Below, one piece after another: positions 24,401 through 31,357 of a stretch of DNA of 43,428 nucleotides; positions within the stretch are counted from its first letter, which is position 1; each line of letters starts with the position of its first letter. The stretch lies in IMG/VR virus record IMGVR_UViG_3300045988_029530, positions 1-43,428 of that record. The stretch is one strand, 5' to 3'. The position numbers and the translations under genes were made by a program. The DNA comes from a virus. The notes beneath the pieces were generated by a model, which saw only the letters and a list, made by a program, of their open reading frames with translations, was not told where the DNA came from and ran no database searches.

Positions 24401-26731
24401 CCGGATGGTCTCGTTGTCCGTCAGGTCGGTGATATATTTGGAGATCCGCCCCGCGTTTTCCGGGTCAATAATCGGGTTGCCGCCGAACAGCCCGTTCGTC
24501 CCGTACTCGATCAGGCCGCCCGCGATCAGCTTCACGGCCCGCTCCGGCATGCTTTTCCCCGCATCCTCCGCTTCGCCGTAGCTGTTCAGCGCCGCGTTGG
24601 CCGAGATCAGCACGTTCGAGCTGTTTTTCATCAGGCTTGCCATCTGTCCGGCAAGCTTCGTGTAGCCGCTTACCCTTTTCTGCGCATTGGCAAGGCTCGA
24701 GGCGTACTTTCCGCCCTGCGAAAGCTGCGAGAGCGCCGCGTTCCCCGCGCTGATCTGTCCGGCAATCGCGCCCGCTGCGGCCATCTCCAGCGCCGCCTGC
24801 GTCAGGTCGCGCGTCATGTTCGCCGTCCATTGCGTGAATTTGCTGCCGTTCTGCGTCAGCTCCGAGGCGTACCGTCCCGCCTCATATTCTCTCTGTTTTC
24901 CCGCCTGCCAGTCCTTGTTTTCATAGTCTATGCCCTGCTGGCCGCCCTCAACAAAGTAGTTTCCCACCGGATTTTCCGCAAGGCCGAACAGGTTCAGCGT
25001 CTTGCCTGCCGCCTTCGTGATGTAGCCGAGGCCGCGCATAAGCACCTGCTCCATGCCGCCCGCGTATTTGGTCATCACGTTTTCCATCGCGTTTACCGCG
25101 CCGGTTCCCGCCATGTCCGCATAGGTCTTTGCGTCGATTTCCCGGTACATTTCCAGTGCCGACTGCATTCCGGCTTCGTTCGCGTTCAGGCCGTTTGCTT
25201 CTCTGGTCGCCCGCAGCTCTGCGGCATTCGGCGCGTCCGCAATCTTCTGCATGAATGCGTCATACTGCTCCTGCGTCATTTCCGTGTTGGCCAGATACTC
25301 CGGCAGCACCTCCTCGCTCAGGAACGTCACCGCTCTGCGCTCCGCGTCCGAGTTTCCCCAGTCTGTTCCGCCGTGGTCAAAGCCCATCTTTCCCAACAGT
25401 TCATCCACCGGCGTGTATGCGATGTTCTCCCGCGTCAGGCTTCCGCTCTGATACCGGAATTCCTTCATTGCGTCGCCCTTGTTCGGCAGGATGCTCTTTG
25501 CCTCCTTGCGAATGTCCTCTATGCCGGAGTTCGCCCACATCATGTCGGATTTCGGCAGGCCGGAAAGATACTCTTTTTTCCACTGCTCCACCTTGTCCAG
25601 CAGCGCCTCGTATTCGCTCTCCGTGCATTTCCCGCTGAGCGCGAGGTAATTCAGCCGTTCGGCGATCTCCGTAAAGATTCCCGCGTGAATGTTCTGCGCC
25701 TGACTGTCCGACACGTCTCCGTGCGTGAATGCCTTCAGCTCCTCGAAGTCCTGCCGGATGTAGTCCTCGTGCTGCTGCACGCTCTGGTTCTGCCAGTCCG
25801 CCTTTTCGGCCTTTCTCTCCATGCCGGCCGCAAGCGTGCTTTTCTCCTGCTGGCCCAACCGGCGGTCGTAGGCCGAACCGTATCCGATCTGCACCCTTCC
25901 GTCCGCCGTGTATCTCGGGAGTTGCATTCTTCCGCTGATCGCCATATCCGGCATGGCCTTTCCGGTCAGCGGATTCGTGAGCTGTGCGTCCTTCGCGGCC
26001 GTCTGCATGTCCTCCAGCGCTTTCCGGTATTCCGCCATCCGCGTCATGAGCGTCTGCGCCGCAGGCGTGTTTTTCTTTTTCAGGTAGGCTTCGATCTCCT
26101 GTGCCTCGGTCAGGAGCTTCTGCGCCCCGCTGACCCATTGGTTCGCCCGTTCCGGCTCCGACATTCCCGCCGTGGTCTCCTGCGCCTTTTTGAAGTACGC
26201 ATCCGCCTCCGTCTGGAACCGCGCAATGCCGCTGCCGAGCGCCAGACTGCCCTCGTCGTCCTCTTGCCCGTTCATTGCGTTCTGGTAACGCTTGAGCTGC
26301 ATTTCCCACGCATTGAGCTGCTCCTGATACCCCTGCGCGTCCTCGCCCATCACGTCTGCATATCGGTTGAAATAGTCGCGTTCTTTCTCCACACTTTGCA
26401 GCATCGTGCCCACGCGCTCTTTCCACCCGCTGCCGCTTGCGCCGATGCGGTGCTTTCTCTGGAAATATCCGTCCATGCCGCCAAACAGCGTTCCCATGTC
26501 CGTCTGCATCTGCGACCAGCCCGAGGCGCTCACGCAGCGCTCGCGTTCCGCTTTCAGTGCATTTATTTGCTGCCTCTGTATCTGGCTCTGCATCTGCGCT
26601 TCATTTTTTCTGTACTCCGCCATGGTCGCCGGATAAGAAAAGCCGCCGGAGACCGCAGGGGTATTCCCTGCGGTCTGCCGGTTTTCTTCTTGCTGCTTTC
26701 TGTATTCAGCCATTGTTTTCGGATAACTCAT
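15416..26731 (-). CDS. Giant 3771-aa polyvalent-type virion (ejection / MuF-position) protein with two zincin-like HExxH motifs
   Basis: 11,316-nt ORF with TAAGGAGG SD. HELFH at aa 1233-1237 (nt 23021..23035). LLHEIQHIIQKYEGF at aa 1527-1541 (HEIQH at nt 22133..22147). Acidic Glu/Gln/Ala/Thr linker at about aa 1005-1130. Hydrophobic helices at about aa 3069-3096 and 3251-3270. It lies right after the portal and a 333-aa gene. Confidence 0.85.
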   Translation of the reverse strand: MSYPKTMAEYRKQQEENRQTAGNTPAVSGGFSYPATMAEYRKNEAQMQSQIQRQQINALKAERERCVSASGWSQMQTDMGTLFGGMDGYFQRKHRIGASGSGWKERVGTMLQSVEKERDYFNRYADVMGEDAQGYQEQLNAWEMQLKRYQNAMNGQEDDEGSLALGSGIARFQTEADAYFKKAQETTAGMSEPERANQWVSGAQKLLTEAQEIEAYLKKKNTPAAQTLMTRMAEYRKALEDMQTAAKDAQLTNPLTGKAMPDMAISGRMQLPRYTADGRVQIGYGSAYDRRLGQQEKSTLAAGMERKAEKADWQNQSVQQHEDYIRQDFEELKAFTHGDVSDSQAQNIHAGIFTEIAERLNYLALSGKCTESEYEALLDKVEQWKKEYLSGLPKSDMMWANSGIEDIRKEAKSILPNKGDAMKEFRYQSGSLTRENIAYTPVDELLGKMGFDHGGTDWGNSDAERRAVTFLSEEVLPEYLANTEMTQEQYDAFMQKIADAPNAAELRATREANGLNANEAGMQSALEMYREIDAKTYADMAGTGAVNAMENVMTKYAGGMEQVLMRGLGYITKAAGKTLNLFGLAENPVGNYFVEGGQQGIDYENKDWQAGKQREYEAGRYASELTQNGSKFTQWTANMTRDLTQAALEMAAAGAIAGQISAGNAALSQLSQGGKYASSLANAQKRVSGYTKLAGQMASLMKNSSNVLISANAALNSYGEAEDAGKSMPERAVKLIAGGLIEYGTNGLFGGNPIIDPENAGRISKYITDLTDNETIRKIVSSKVFDRIGEGLEEVASAVAGAALDYALTGESDLTAKELVDEFTVGVLLSMVMSAPEDIVDLTARAKSYVQSKVITRFGKQAQSNLDVLYGTMAQYTAQYYAGDESLMRFNGWSESQIKKAKSEWNTIVREFNTLADRLESAQNISESFERYTPPQANGGFVDMEMQNIIRAEQQSNAALMTDRALDIQIITQRATIEALRSSTDAGDIFVAESAQSYLDVLDAEKSARAAERAQRAAESAAQENTPTAEQTTQETPQAAQETDQSAAEEEAAPVEPVQAEEINAPAAQETEGGMSNEQSQSVNENQERNERVGAEGQTGGVVESGSRITADRGGTGEAGGNESENLRRQKLNERVERFKGTVLDTGMDKLTADGDPDVMVGIVPVRKYTQAMKQAQREAKEQGVKTTFVVGTMSIKGEDGEFHNTDAMFDAESGRIFVSVSSIYEPEVLMEHELFHAKVHAAEVDLVTALESVSENMTAEEYTEIVEQYMKAYRGAYDSDTAVYEEILADAYAGLNRFVNRSFKKLIDAMRTHAAGMQSQRESNAPTAEVSQAVRRTQDSDGNEKTAREGGKRASMAGPKAKTASSKNLALAEAMEEDGASREEIWRKTGWIRGADGQWRFEVDDSKAEFRPNGDARLLGEPRYRRLEELTDKWGDSFEKGGEPLTEAEEAEMEALQEEYSDRVWEKKYELQDFLKHDELYEAYPLLRHTSVRFEKLDPGVKGKFDKRNGAIILSDSLFGKGPETLLHEIQHIIQKYEGFQGGTSPEYWARRDYESGDRLQERLQREYSDILNGLTKEEQNDYIRYQEIDGELERLFYSEKPGDTEKYDRMDAEHDRLYEKLYPKEWFGKLLDLKRQMENPGEVYLGQYINSAGEIEARETAGRRKLTAEERKNKMPDLGWDRALLTEDTGNGYSIAEIKGEKQDYGIGVVLDTKLFDGVSPRNWGKALGKFVYENLAGKTLQTVDESGNEETIYLARENDRVRKDGANNNHKVIDKLARYTGDNARALAVVQLSELLETSRHENATDEHTHQWMDSRGWEYRKTYIQDMEGNIYSAKLNIARGNDRNILYDINNVRKIDKGSIADGVVPSAQNGRGSLITNNASSWSSVAQSAENFKRENENLTTIRNLNEDDLEALYGSARIPVQELLTNTEGAGDVSLIVKNEDARNNNAHLENMAAVIPSSVDWWLVEKLKMNGLNVVEYKAGNEQARQEAEAKAEKLLEPKKRFSLSPEEKVQRAESKLTAAQEKLEQEKEKAQERYKRDLTSGMRRLFNIQSYDSKELNGLLETPMLEMQQGVKLLKAEKDDLFEAVMNLGTETMPADDYYKEIRDTIYGQKVFVPEWVRTEFGDDWNSFKKRAMGRHKFYFVEDEGKQGIDQLYKELAEQYPGAFPDTYDMTEMLRRMAEMADKGMDTKLPYRQAMEENEKRFGMTVDEQTEYQRTTFERLLNSYAEKAGRDARIAQDKAAKAEADERLESILREADGVQPTKKAEGVVEPWTISEAAAQKRGFPYLNGKQVYPLRTWVKAADMGNYGLVLDKSTRKGMLTVLFTNKETGLSSVKDMETKLLTAVEPKYQPSVQETAALLASMPQEKLEDAADAEDLGAFYEWYDGQTEGRETNDLRPVAEERAEKSRQAAQKYEQERSESLREAGDEWLRKHSRTNALREVGLLYDSVNPMRSSQTKLEPKEALELLESATGKVWKLQTRRDGTWTAKQTARLGKQDGKASEAAQKIKAAEITIQDRMEAMKHENRPVYFEGVPIKEFKGSPAMEKMGIKIHGTIVNFQTAPQILAETEGRRNTDVRIDRYIKDKRPNDDEIFLAQQIAAGRKTMADIDESNMAYKTVKELSDLYANQRMQGENLLEKRKRAINRATLDMAMESIPTELELQANPKLFQNMPLKRMNLTAPEILIYRLFGDELGEELNQRYIYDIGENTAESIRWKTAQRDKLEEFEDSKGKRRKLTKEESQYVHVMLDTEGAEQRAKDNRRSKDILAAAQRALSGEKLEDISKEMKFSAVQEGLFYDLYIRKAAENDEKIDKTITKNAAPVYRQWYDDIYPALNELLAAYGMEPIGKVLGYTPHGRFNNKLKGFEKILSVVGLENFSKQEELHALPTEIAGQTQEFKPKKPWVSFFMKRNSFRTDYDIVAATEKYIDSVADVIFHTGDIVKLRGLESYLHAGAKRNTKASLDEIFDRIRRGDTLEKAKWLQTKGKLKEKSISEITAKEVENEFEKMIEEAVKANEFNTRYTNFAQWVTNFTNIIANKQYGGDRGMEYDGGREILNTGNKIVGLFAISRVAGNFSSVLSQCGQIATIWTKRKKRAIMTALREMCIPHKLDLFRLESSFLTNRRGVENRRKGAGEAYLDTLYGPIGAMDMFVATLAARSMYIESVLKGMSHEEAMTMSNRFGRRTMSSRAKGERATAFYGKNLVDKLMHQFSEEAYGSLDGMLFETAREYRETVKEHGKKAATLKLIGQILGYLAVAFIVNRLTDEWYGGTPVPLDIAGITANFVASGKGLPTNDYIKGLINKVTMEIGGKEIFEDVPKEGRKFDTWKAMDATLGNIIDDVPMLSNFSAMIGTGDRNMPITEIITKFRDVFESWKENGVFSGDSAEAAVKAAALLVPGGNQLQKTGFGIKALIEGGKMQGYGDKKRLRYAIDTDDVGNAIRTVLFGVNATPEAKRYYAGESYGLDADQTQLWMDLRDEGVNGYMLYGLMMRMDDAQMAIDVPKEKENETEAEEKARLQAKEARRKAARAELAAQEGLTDRQKASIYGEMVSHYNDDAIDKLLDAGMKWKDISEILDKRGELSAGAKASEWAAEFANWLDGKKYSGKNREAINEALVPQSASFYNKMTAAGVSQNNALKVEKKARALAGENDLNQTFKAQAIMQSGLSDKEAYAALGAVYTGEGDAKKFKAAQEEGIPAKAYTEFRMAVGKLESDKDENGKAISGSRKEKVIELIDSLNLTAEQKDWIMGQEYKSYDWWMMPWS

Positions 26732-26743
26732 ATTCCTGCCTCC

Positions 26744-27745
26744 TTAGTTCAGCTTTACCGTGGTCTTGTTTCCGATGCCCGGCTTACTGCCGCCGCCCCC
26801 CTTGCCGGAGTAGCCGCCGTTGTAGCTGTTTCCTCCGCTCCCGCCGTAGGTCGTCATGGTCTTAAGCCACTGCAAGAGTTCCTCCTCGTCGTATCCAAGG
26901 TCGCCCCAGCTCCTGATATCCTGAATAACAGATTTCGGGCCGTACTTGTTTGCTTTCTTCAGTAGCGTCTGCCGCACATCGTCTCCCACGGTCTTTAATT
27001 TTCCTCTGCTCGAGCTTCCCCCGCCGGAATAGCTTCTCGAGTACGCTGCACTCTGCGCTGCCGAGGCGATTTTCTGCGCGTCTCCTGCCGAGATTCCCGC
27101 CGCCGCCAGAAGGTCGCTTGATGGCATCTGTCCGTTCTGCAGCAGCGTCAGCGCCAGCGTGTAGGAATCGCTTCTTGCCTGCTGCTCCTTCTGCCATGCG
27201 AATTGATCCTCCTGCATCTTCCTGCTCCACTCCTGATAGGCCTGATCCGCCGTCTGCGCGCCCACCTGCACGCCGAGGATCTGCGCCACGCGGTCGTCCG
27301 CTGCGCCCAGCTCCTTCCAGCGCGTCATGGCCGCGTCGATCTGCTGCTGGTAGAGACTCGGCAGCGTCTCGGCCAGTTTGCTTTTCTGGTAGTCTGCCGC
27401 CTGTGAGGCCGCTGCCACCGCCTGCGTCGAGGGAATGCCGCCCGTCATCGTCGCGTACTGTCCCAGCGTGTCGCGCCCGGTTCTGTCCGCCTCCCGCAGA
27501 TACGCCTTTTTGTAGGCCGAGATCACGTCGTCCCCCAGCAGATAGTCCACCGTCGATTTCTGCGTTCCCATCACCTTGTCCAGCTCCGCCGCATAGGGGC
27601 TGACTCCCTGCGCCGTGGGCTGCGCTCCCGTCACGCTGTTCAGCTCCGCCACATACGGGTTGACCGGCTGGGTCTGCGCAGCAGGCTGCAGCAGCTTTGC
27701 CAGCTCCTCGGCTGACAGCTTCGTGTAGTCAATTTCGTTTGCCAT
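26744..27745 (-). CDS. Hypothetical virion-module protein (333 aa, Gln/Ala-rich with a Gly-rich tail)
   Basis: GGGAGG SD. Located between the portal and the giant gene. C-terminus GGSGGNSYNGGYSGKGGGGSKPG. Confidence 0.75.
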   Translation of the reverse strand: MANEIDYTKLSAEELAKLLQPAAQTQPVNPYVAELNSVTGAQPTAQGVSPYAAELDKVMGTQKSTVDYLLGDDVISAYKKAYLREADRTGRDTLGQYATMTGGIPSTQAVAAASQAADYQKSKLAETLPSLYQQQIDAAMTRWKELGAADDRVAQILGVQVGAQTADQAYQEWSRKMQEDQFAWQKEQQARSDSYTLALTLLQNGQMPSSDLLAAAGISAGDAQKIASAAQSAAYSRSYSGGGSSSRGKLKTVGDDVRQTLLKKANKYGPKSVIQDIRSWGDLGYDEEELLQWLKTMTTYGGSGGNSYNGGYSGKGGGGSKPGIGNKTTVKLN

Positions 27746-27748
27746 GTC

Positions 27749-29836
27749 TTAACCTCCCATCTCCGTCGGCTTCTGCATCGCCATTTGTGCCTGCATCATC
27801 AGCATCTGCTGCTGAAGCTGCTCGTCTCTCCGCTGCTCCATCAGGGTCTTGATCTTACCCGCGCCCGGGAAATGGTCCTCCTCCATCTTCGTCCAGTAGA
27901 GGATCAGCGTGTCAATGCTCTTCGGGTCTCCGAAAGCGCCGGACTGCAGGTGCGCCGTGGTCTCCTGCCACATTGCCTCGCGGTTCGTGGCAAGGCCGGA
28001 CGCATCGTCGCAGGAGAACAGGAACTGGTCGTTCCAGTAAAGCTCCCCGGCATCGTCCATTCTCAAAAATGCGTAGGAATTCCATTCCTCATATTCCTGA
28101 TTTCCCTTCTCGTCCCGGAAGCGCAGCGGCCGCTTCTCATCGCAGTATGCAAGCTGGTTTTTGAACATCCGCTCGAAGATTCTCGCGAATGCCGCTTTCT
28201 TCAGCACGCGCTTACTCTCCAGGCGTCCCGCCGACTGCGCCGCCGCAAACTCCTTTGCCTTGCCGGACTGCGCCGTCGGGTCTGTCCGTCCCTGATAGCT
28301 GTCCGTCATGCCGATCAAGCGTCTGGATTCCTCGTAGGCCTGCGTCAGCATCGCCATGTTCGGGGTGATGTCCGCCTGAAAGTCTCTCACCGCAATCAGG
28401 CTTGCATCCGCCGCATTGCCCACATACCAGATACCGTTGTCCTGCGGGTCAACTCTCAGGTGCGTCGAATCCGGCAGTGTGATCTTGCTGCCCGCCTTCA
28501 TCAGCCGGTCTATGGTTTTCTGCTCCAAGCGGTTGATGGTGTTCTGCTGGTCTGCGATCTTGTCGCAGTCCGATTCACCTAAGAATTTTCCGTGCGCCGT
28601 GACGTTCCGCCGCAGCACCGCCATGAAAATATCCGGCTTATAATACGGGATTTCAATTTCCGCGTCTCCCGGTTCCTGTTCCGTCGGCATTTCCTGCACT
28701 GCCGGCGGCTGCATTTCCGGCGTCAGCATCGTCTGCATCGCCGGAACCTCCTGCGCGCCGAGGCTTCCCATCGGTTCCTGCTCCGTCGGCATTCTTGTCG
28801 GCTCCTGCGGCATTGCCTGTTCTTCCGGCTGGTAGAAGATTCTCCCGAATCCGTGCTCCGCTCTCAGCCGCTCCACGATCATCGGGTCAATGCCCAGCGT
28901 GTCCAGCTCACTCAGCCGCACCCTGCGCGAGGTCTCCACCACGTCCTCCCAGCTTCTCGACCCGCAGAAGCTGCACACGCCCTTTCTCGGCTTCCGCTTC
29001 TCCGCATCGTCCGGGTATGTCCCGTCCTGCGTCGGCTCGCTCAGGTCTATGTATGCGCTGTCCGCTTCGGTCTGGCCGCACTTCTTGCAGCGCCGCAGGA
29101 TGCGTGCCTGACAATCCGTCAGGTTCTCGACCTCCATATCGCCCACCCACGCAAAGCGGCCTACGCCGCCCTCGTCATTCCGGTATTCCGCGATCTTCAG
29201 CGTGACCACGTCCTCGGCGTTGCTTTCCTCCGCACCTCTGACCTCCGGCATTTCCTCCTGAAGGTCTCCCACGTCCACGCCGTAGCGCCTGCGCAGATAG
29301 TCCTTTGTCACCGGAATCAGCCAGAAGTAGTAGGCCATTTCGTCCACTTCCTTCACGCCGTCCTGCGGGATAAACTGCATCGGGTGGACGCATTTCAGCG
29401 TGTTCTCGCCCACGGTCGTGTGCGTCCGCTTGCTCGTGTCCCACTCCGGCAGATACAGGCAGCCGCCTTGCTTATAGGTGATGCGCTCGGATTCGTCGTT
29501 CAGCTCCTCCGTCGGCAGCCGGTCCAGCTCGTTTCGCAGCATGTTTTCGATCATCCGCGCCAGGTGCTCGTCCTCGCGGCGCATCGGCGTGACCTTCGGC
29601 ATCGGGATAGAGCTGTCGATCTCCGATTCGATGTTTTCTGCCGTGATGTTCCAGACGTGGCTTGTCTCCTTCTGGTATCCGTACTTCCTGTCGTTCTCCG
29701 TCAGCGGTGTCAGCGTGCGGTCGCCCGCATACTGCGCTTCGCGCCGGTGCATTCTCTCGCGCTCTGCCTCGTAGGCCGTCAGGTTCTTTTCCAGCCTGCT
29801 CTGCCACAGGCTCACGCCGTCTTTTCTGTCTTTCAT
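27749..29836 (-). CDS. Portal protein with an inserted zinc ribbon and a Pro/Gln/Glu/Met-rich segment
   Basis: 695 aa immediately downstream of TerL, with AAGGAGG SD. The size, position and helical C-terminal half fit a portal. The insertion is about aa 242-392 (CKKCG...CSFCG, then QEPTRMPTEQEP...). Confidence 0.75.
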   Translation of the reverse strand: MKDRKDGVSLWQSRLEKNLTAYEAERERMHRREAQYAGDRTLTPLTENDRKYGYQKETSHVWNITAENIESEIDSSIPMPKVTPMRREDEHLARMIENMLRNELDRLPTEELNDESERITYKQGGCLYLPEWDTSKRTHTTVGENTLKCVHPMQFIPQDGVKEVDEMAYYFWLIPVTKDYLRRRYGVDVGDLQEEMPEVRGAEESNAEDVVTLKIAEYRNDEGGVGRFAWVGDMEVENLTDCQARILRRCKKCGQTEADSAYIDLSEPTQDGTYPDDAEKRKPRKGVCSFCGSRSWEDVVETSRRVRLSELDTLGIDPMIVERLRAEHGFGRIFYQPEEQAMPQEPTRMPTEQEPMGSLGAQEVPAMQTMLTPEMQPPAVQEMPTEQEPGDAEIEIPYYKPDIFMAVLRRNVTAHGKFLGESDCDKIADQQNTINRLEQKTIDRLMKAGSKITLPDSTHLRVDPQDNGIWYVGNAADASLIAVRDFQADITPNMAMLTQAYEESRRLIGMTDSYQGRTDPTAQSGKAKEFAAAQSAGRLESKRVLKKAAFARIFERMFKNQLAYCDEKRPLRFRDEKGNQEYEEWNSYAFLRMDDAGELYWNDQFLFSCDDASGLATNREAMWQETTAHLQSGAFGDPKSIDTLILYWTKMEEDHFPGAGKIKTLMEQRRDEQLQQQMLMMQAQMAMQKPTEMGG

Positions 29837-29845
29837 ACTGCCTCC

Positions 29846-31357
29846 TTAAAATGGGTTTCCCCAAAGTCTGATCAGCTCGGCGCGCTCTGCGTCGCCCGCT
29901 GCGTAATAGTCCTCCCATTGGTCGTCGTGCCACTGGGCTTTCCTTCCCTCCGGCTCTGCAATGCGCGTCTCCTGCTGGTCTCGGATGTAGTAGGTAATCG
30001 CCAGCGCCATCACGCAGTCGTCGTGCGCGCCCTCTATCGCCTCCGGCCGGCCTTTTTCGTTTCTGGCAAAGGTCAGCATTTCCTGCAGCGTGTCCTCGTC
30101 GTCCACCAGCTCCGGATGCTCTCGCATAATGCCTACCAGCCCCGCGATGATCGTCGGCCTTGTCAGCTGGTCGGTGCGGAATCCGTAGGACATCTTCACT
30201 TCCTTCGTGATTCTGTCCTCCACCTCTCGCAGATAGATCTTCGGGTATTTCAGCCGCTGCAATTCTTTCGTCGGGTGCGTTGAGAAGTTGATCTCTATCC
30301 CGATAAGCGCGGTGTTGTAGTACATTCCGAGGCAGTAGAGGTTCCGTGCAAACAGATCCTCGTCCGTCCTCGTTCGGTACTTTGCCACGAGCCGCCCCGT
30401 GGCATTGTCTATCACCTGCGCCACAAACCAGTCGCAGCCTTCGCCCGCCGTGTCCGCGCCGATCACATACGGGTGTCCCTTTTCCGGCCTTTTGTAGATG
30501 ATCGTCTCGCCCGCTGCATCCTCTCGGAAGGTCCAGCCCGTCACGGCAAGCTCGTTGTAGGTGTAGTCGAACTCCCCGCGCGTCTCCAGCTTTCCGAGGT
30601 GCTGCAGCTTCTCCATCAGGATTTCGCGGTTGAAGATCGTCGCAGAGAGTACGCCCCACTGGCCAAGGCAGTACACCTGATAGTAGTAGGGGTCTGTCTC
30701 CTTCATGGCCTCCAGCGTCAGCCTGTCCTCGTCCGGCAGGAAACGGTTGTCCGTGTATACGCTCTTGTGCGTCAGCACGCGCGGGTCTTTCCGGTCAAAG
30801 AAGCGCTTTTTCAGCCAGTGCGTGATGCTGATGGGGTTAAACGTCAGGATGATCTGCTTGTAGTATTTCGTGTTGCCGCGCAGTCGGATGTCCAACTGGT
30901 TAAAATCCTGTTCTTCGATCTCCGAGGCTTCCTCAATCCAGATTCCCGTGATGTCATGGATGGACTTCAGCTTTTCCACGTCGTCCAGCCCCGCGAAGAT
31001 GATTTCCGACCCGTTCTTGAATTGCAGATACATGTCCGAGCCTTTCCCCTTCGGGATTTTCTCGATCATCTCCGGATATAGCTCCTGCGCCTGCCGCTTG
31101 AGCTGGTCAAAGCAGCTTTCCCGCAGGGTCTTTGCGACCTTTCGCACCACCAGAAAGCGGTGCTTTTCCTCCGTCGCGCAGCGGTCTATGATCTTCTGAC
31201 CGGCGAAAATGCTCTTTCCCGAGCCGCCGCCGCCCATCAGCACCAGATGCTTATGCTGGTCAAAAAGCAGCGGCAGGAACTTCTCGTTCATGATCTCCCG
31301 CATTTTCTTGAACCAGAGCATCGCCCGATACTGCTCCTCCGTGATCTTCTCCTTCAT
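29846..31357 (-). CDS. terL: Terminase large subunit (PBSX/Terminase_3-like)
   Basis: Start at ATG 31357 (TGATG overlap with the upstream stop). Walker A VLMGGGGSGKS. The nuclease half reads FVAQVID...GIEINFS...AHDDCVMALAI. Confidence 0.9.
   Translation of the reverse strand: MKEKITEEQYRAMLWFKKMREIMNEKFLPLLFDQHKHLVLMGGGGSGKSIFAGQKIIDRCATEEKHRFLVVRKVAKTLRESCFDQLKRQAQELYPEMIEKIPKGKGSDMYLQFKNGSEIIFAGLDDVEKLKSIHDITGIWIEEASEIEEQDFNQLDIRLRGNTKYYKQIILTFNPISITHWLKKRFFDRKDPRVLTHKSVYTDNRFLPDEDRLTLEAMKETDPYYYQVYCLGQWGVLSATIFNREILMEKLQHLGKLETRGEFDYTYNELAVTGWTFREDAAGETIIYKRPEKGHPYVIGADTAGEGCDWFVAQVIDNATGRLVAKYRTRTDEDLFARNLYCLGMYYNTALIGIEINFSTHPTKELQRLKYPKIYLREVEDRITKEVKMSYGFRTDQLTRPTIIAGLVGIMREHPELVDDEDTLQEMLTFARNEKGRPEAIEGAHDDCVMALAITYYIRDQQETRIAEPEGRKAQWHDDQWEDYYAAGDAERAELIRLWGNPF

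Noticed and set aside
25401-26426. Same-strand alternative-frame ORFs inside the giant gene: 25401..26426, 23565..24056, 24465..24830, 19464..19895, 16032..16589 and 15441..16007
   Set aside because: The translations are Arg/Gly/Ala-rich junk without motifs or ribosome-binding sites. Unlike the nested ORF in the methyltransferase gene, they carry no independent coding signal.
23471-26965. 1164-aa plus-strand ORF, and the other long plus-strand ORFs at 21245..22738, 28592..30283, 18470..19489 and 6436..7803, all antisense to clear minus-strand genes
   Set aside because: Their composition is Arg/Leu/Pro/His/Cys-rich, they have no SD sequences, and they mirror the high-GC3 coding strand. These are typical shadow ORFs of GC-rich DNA.
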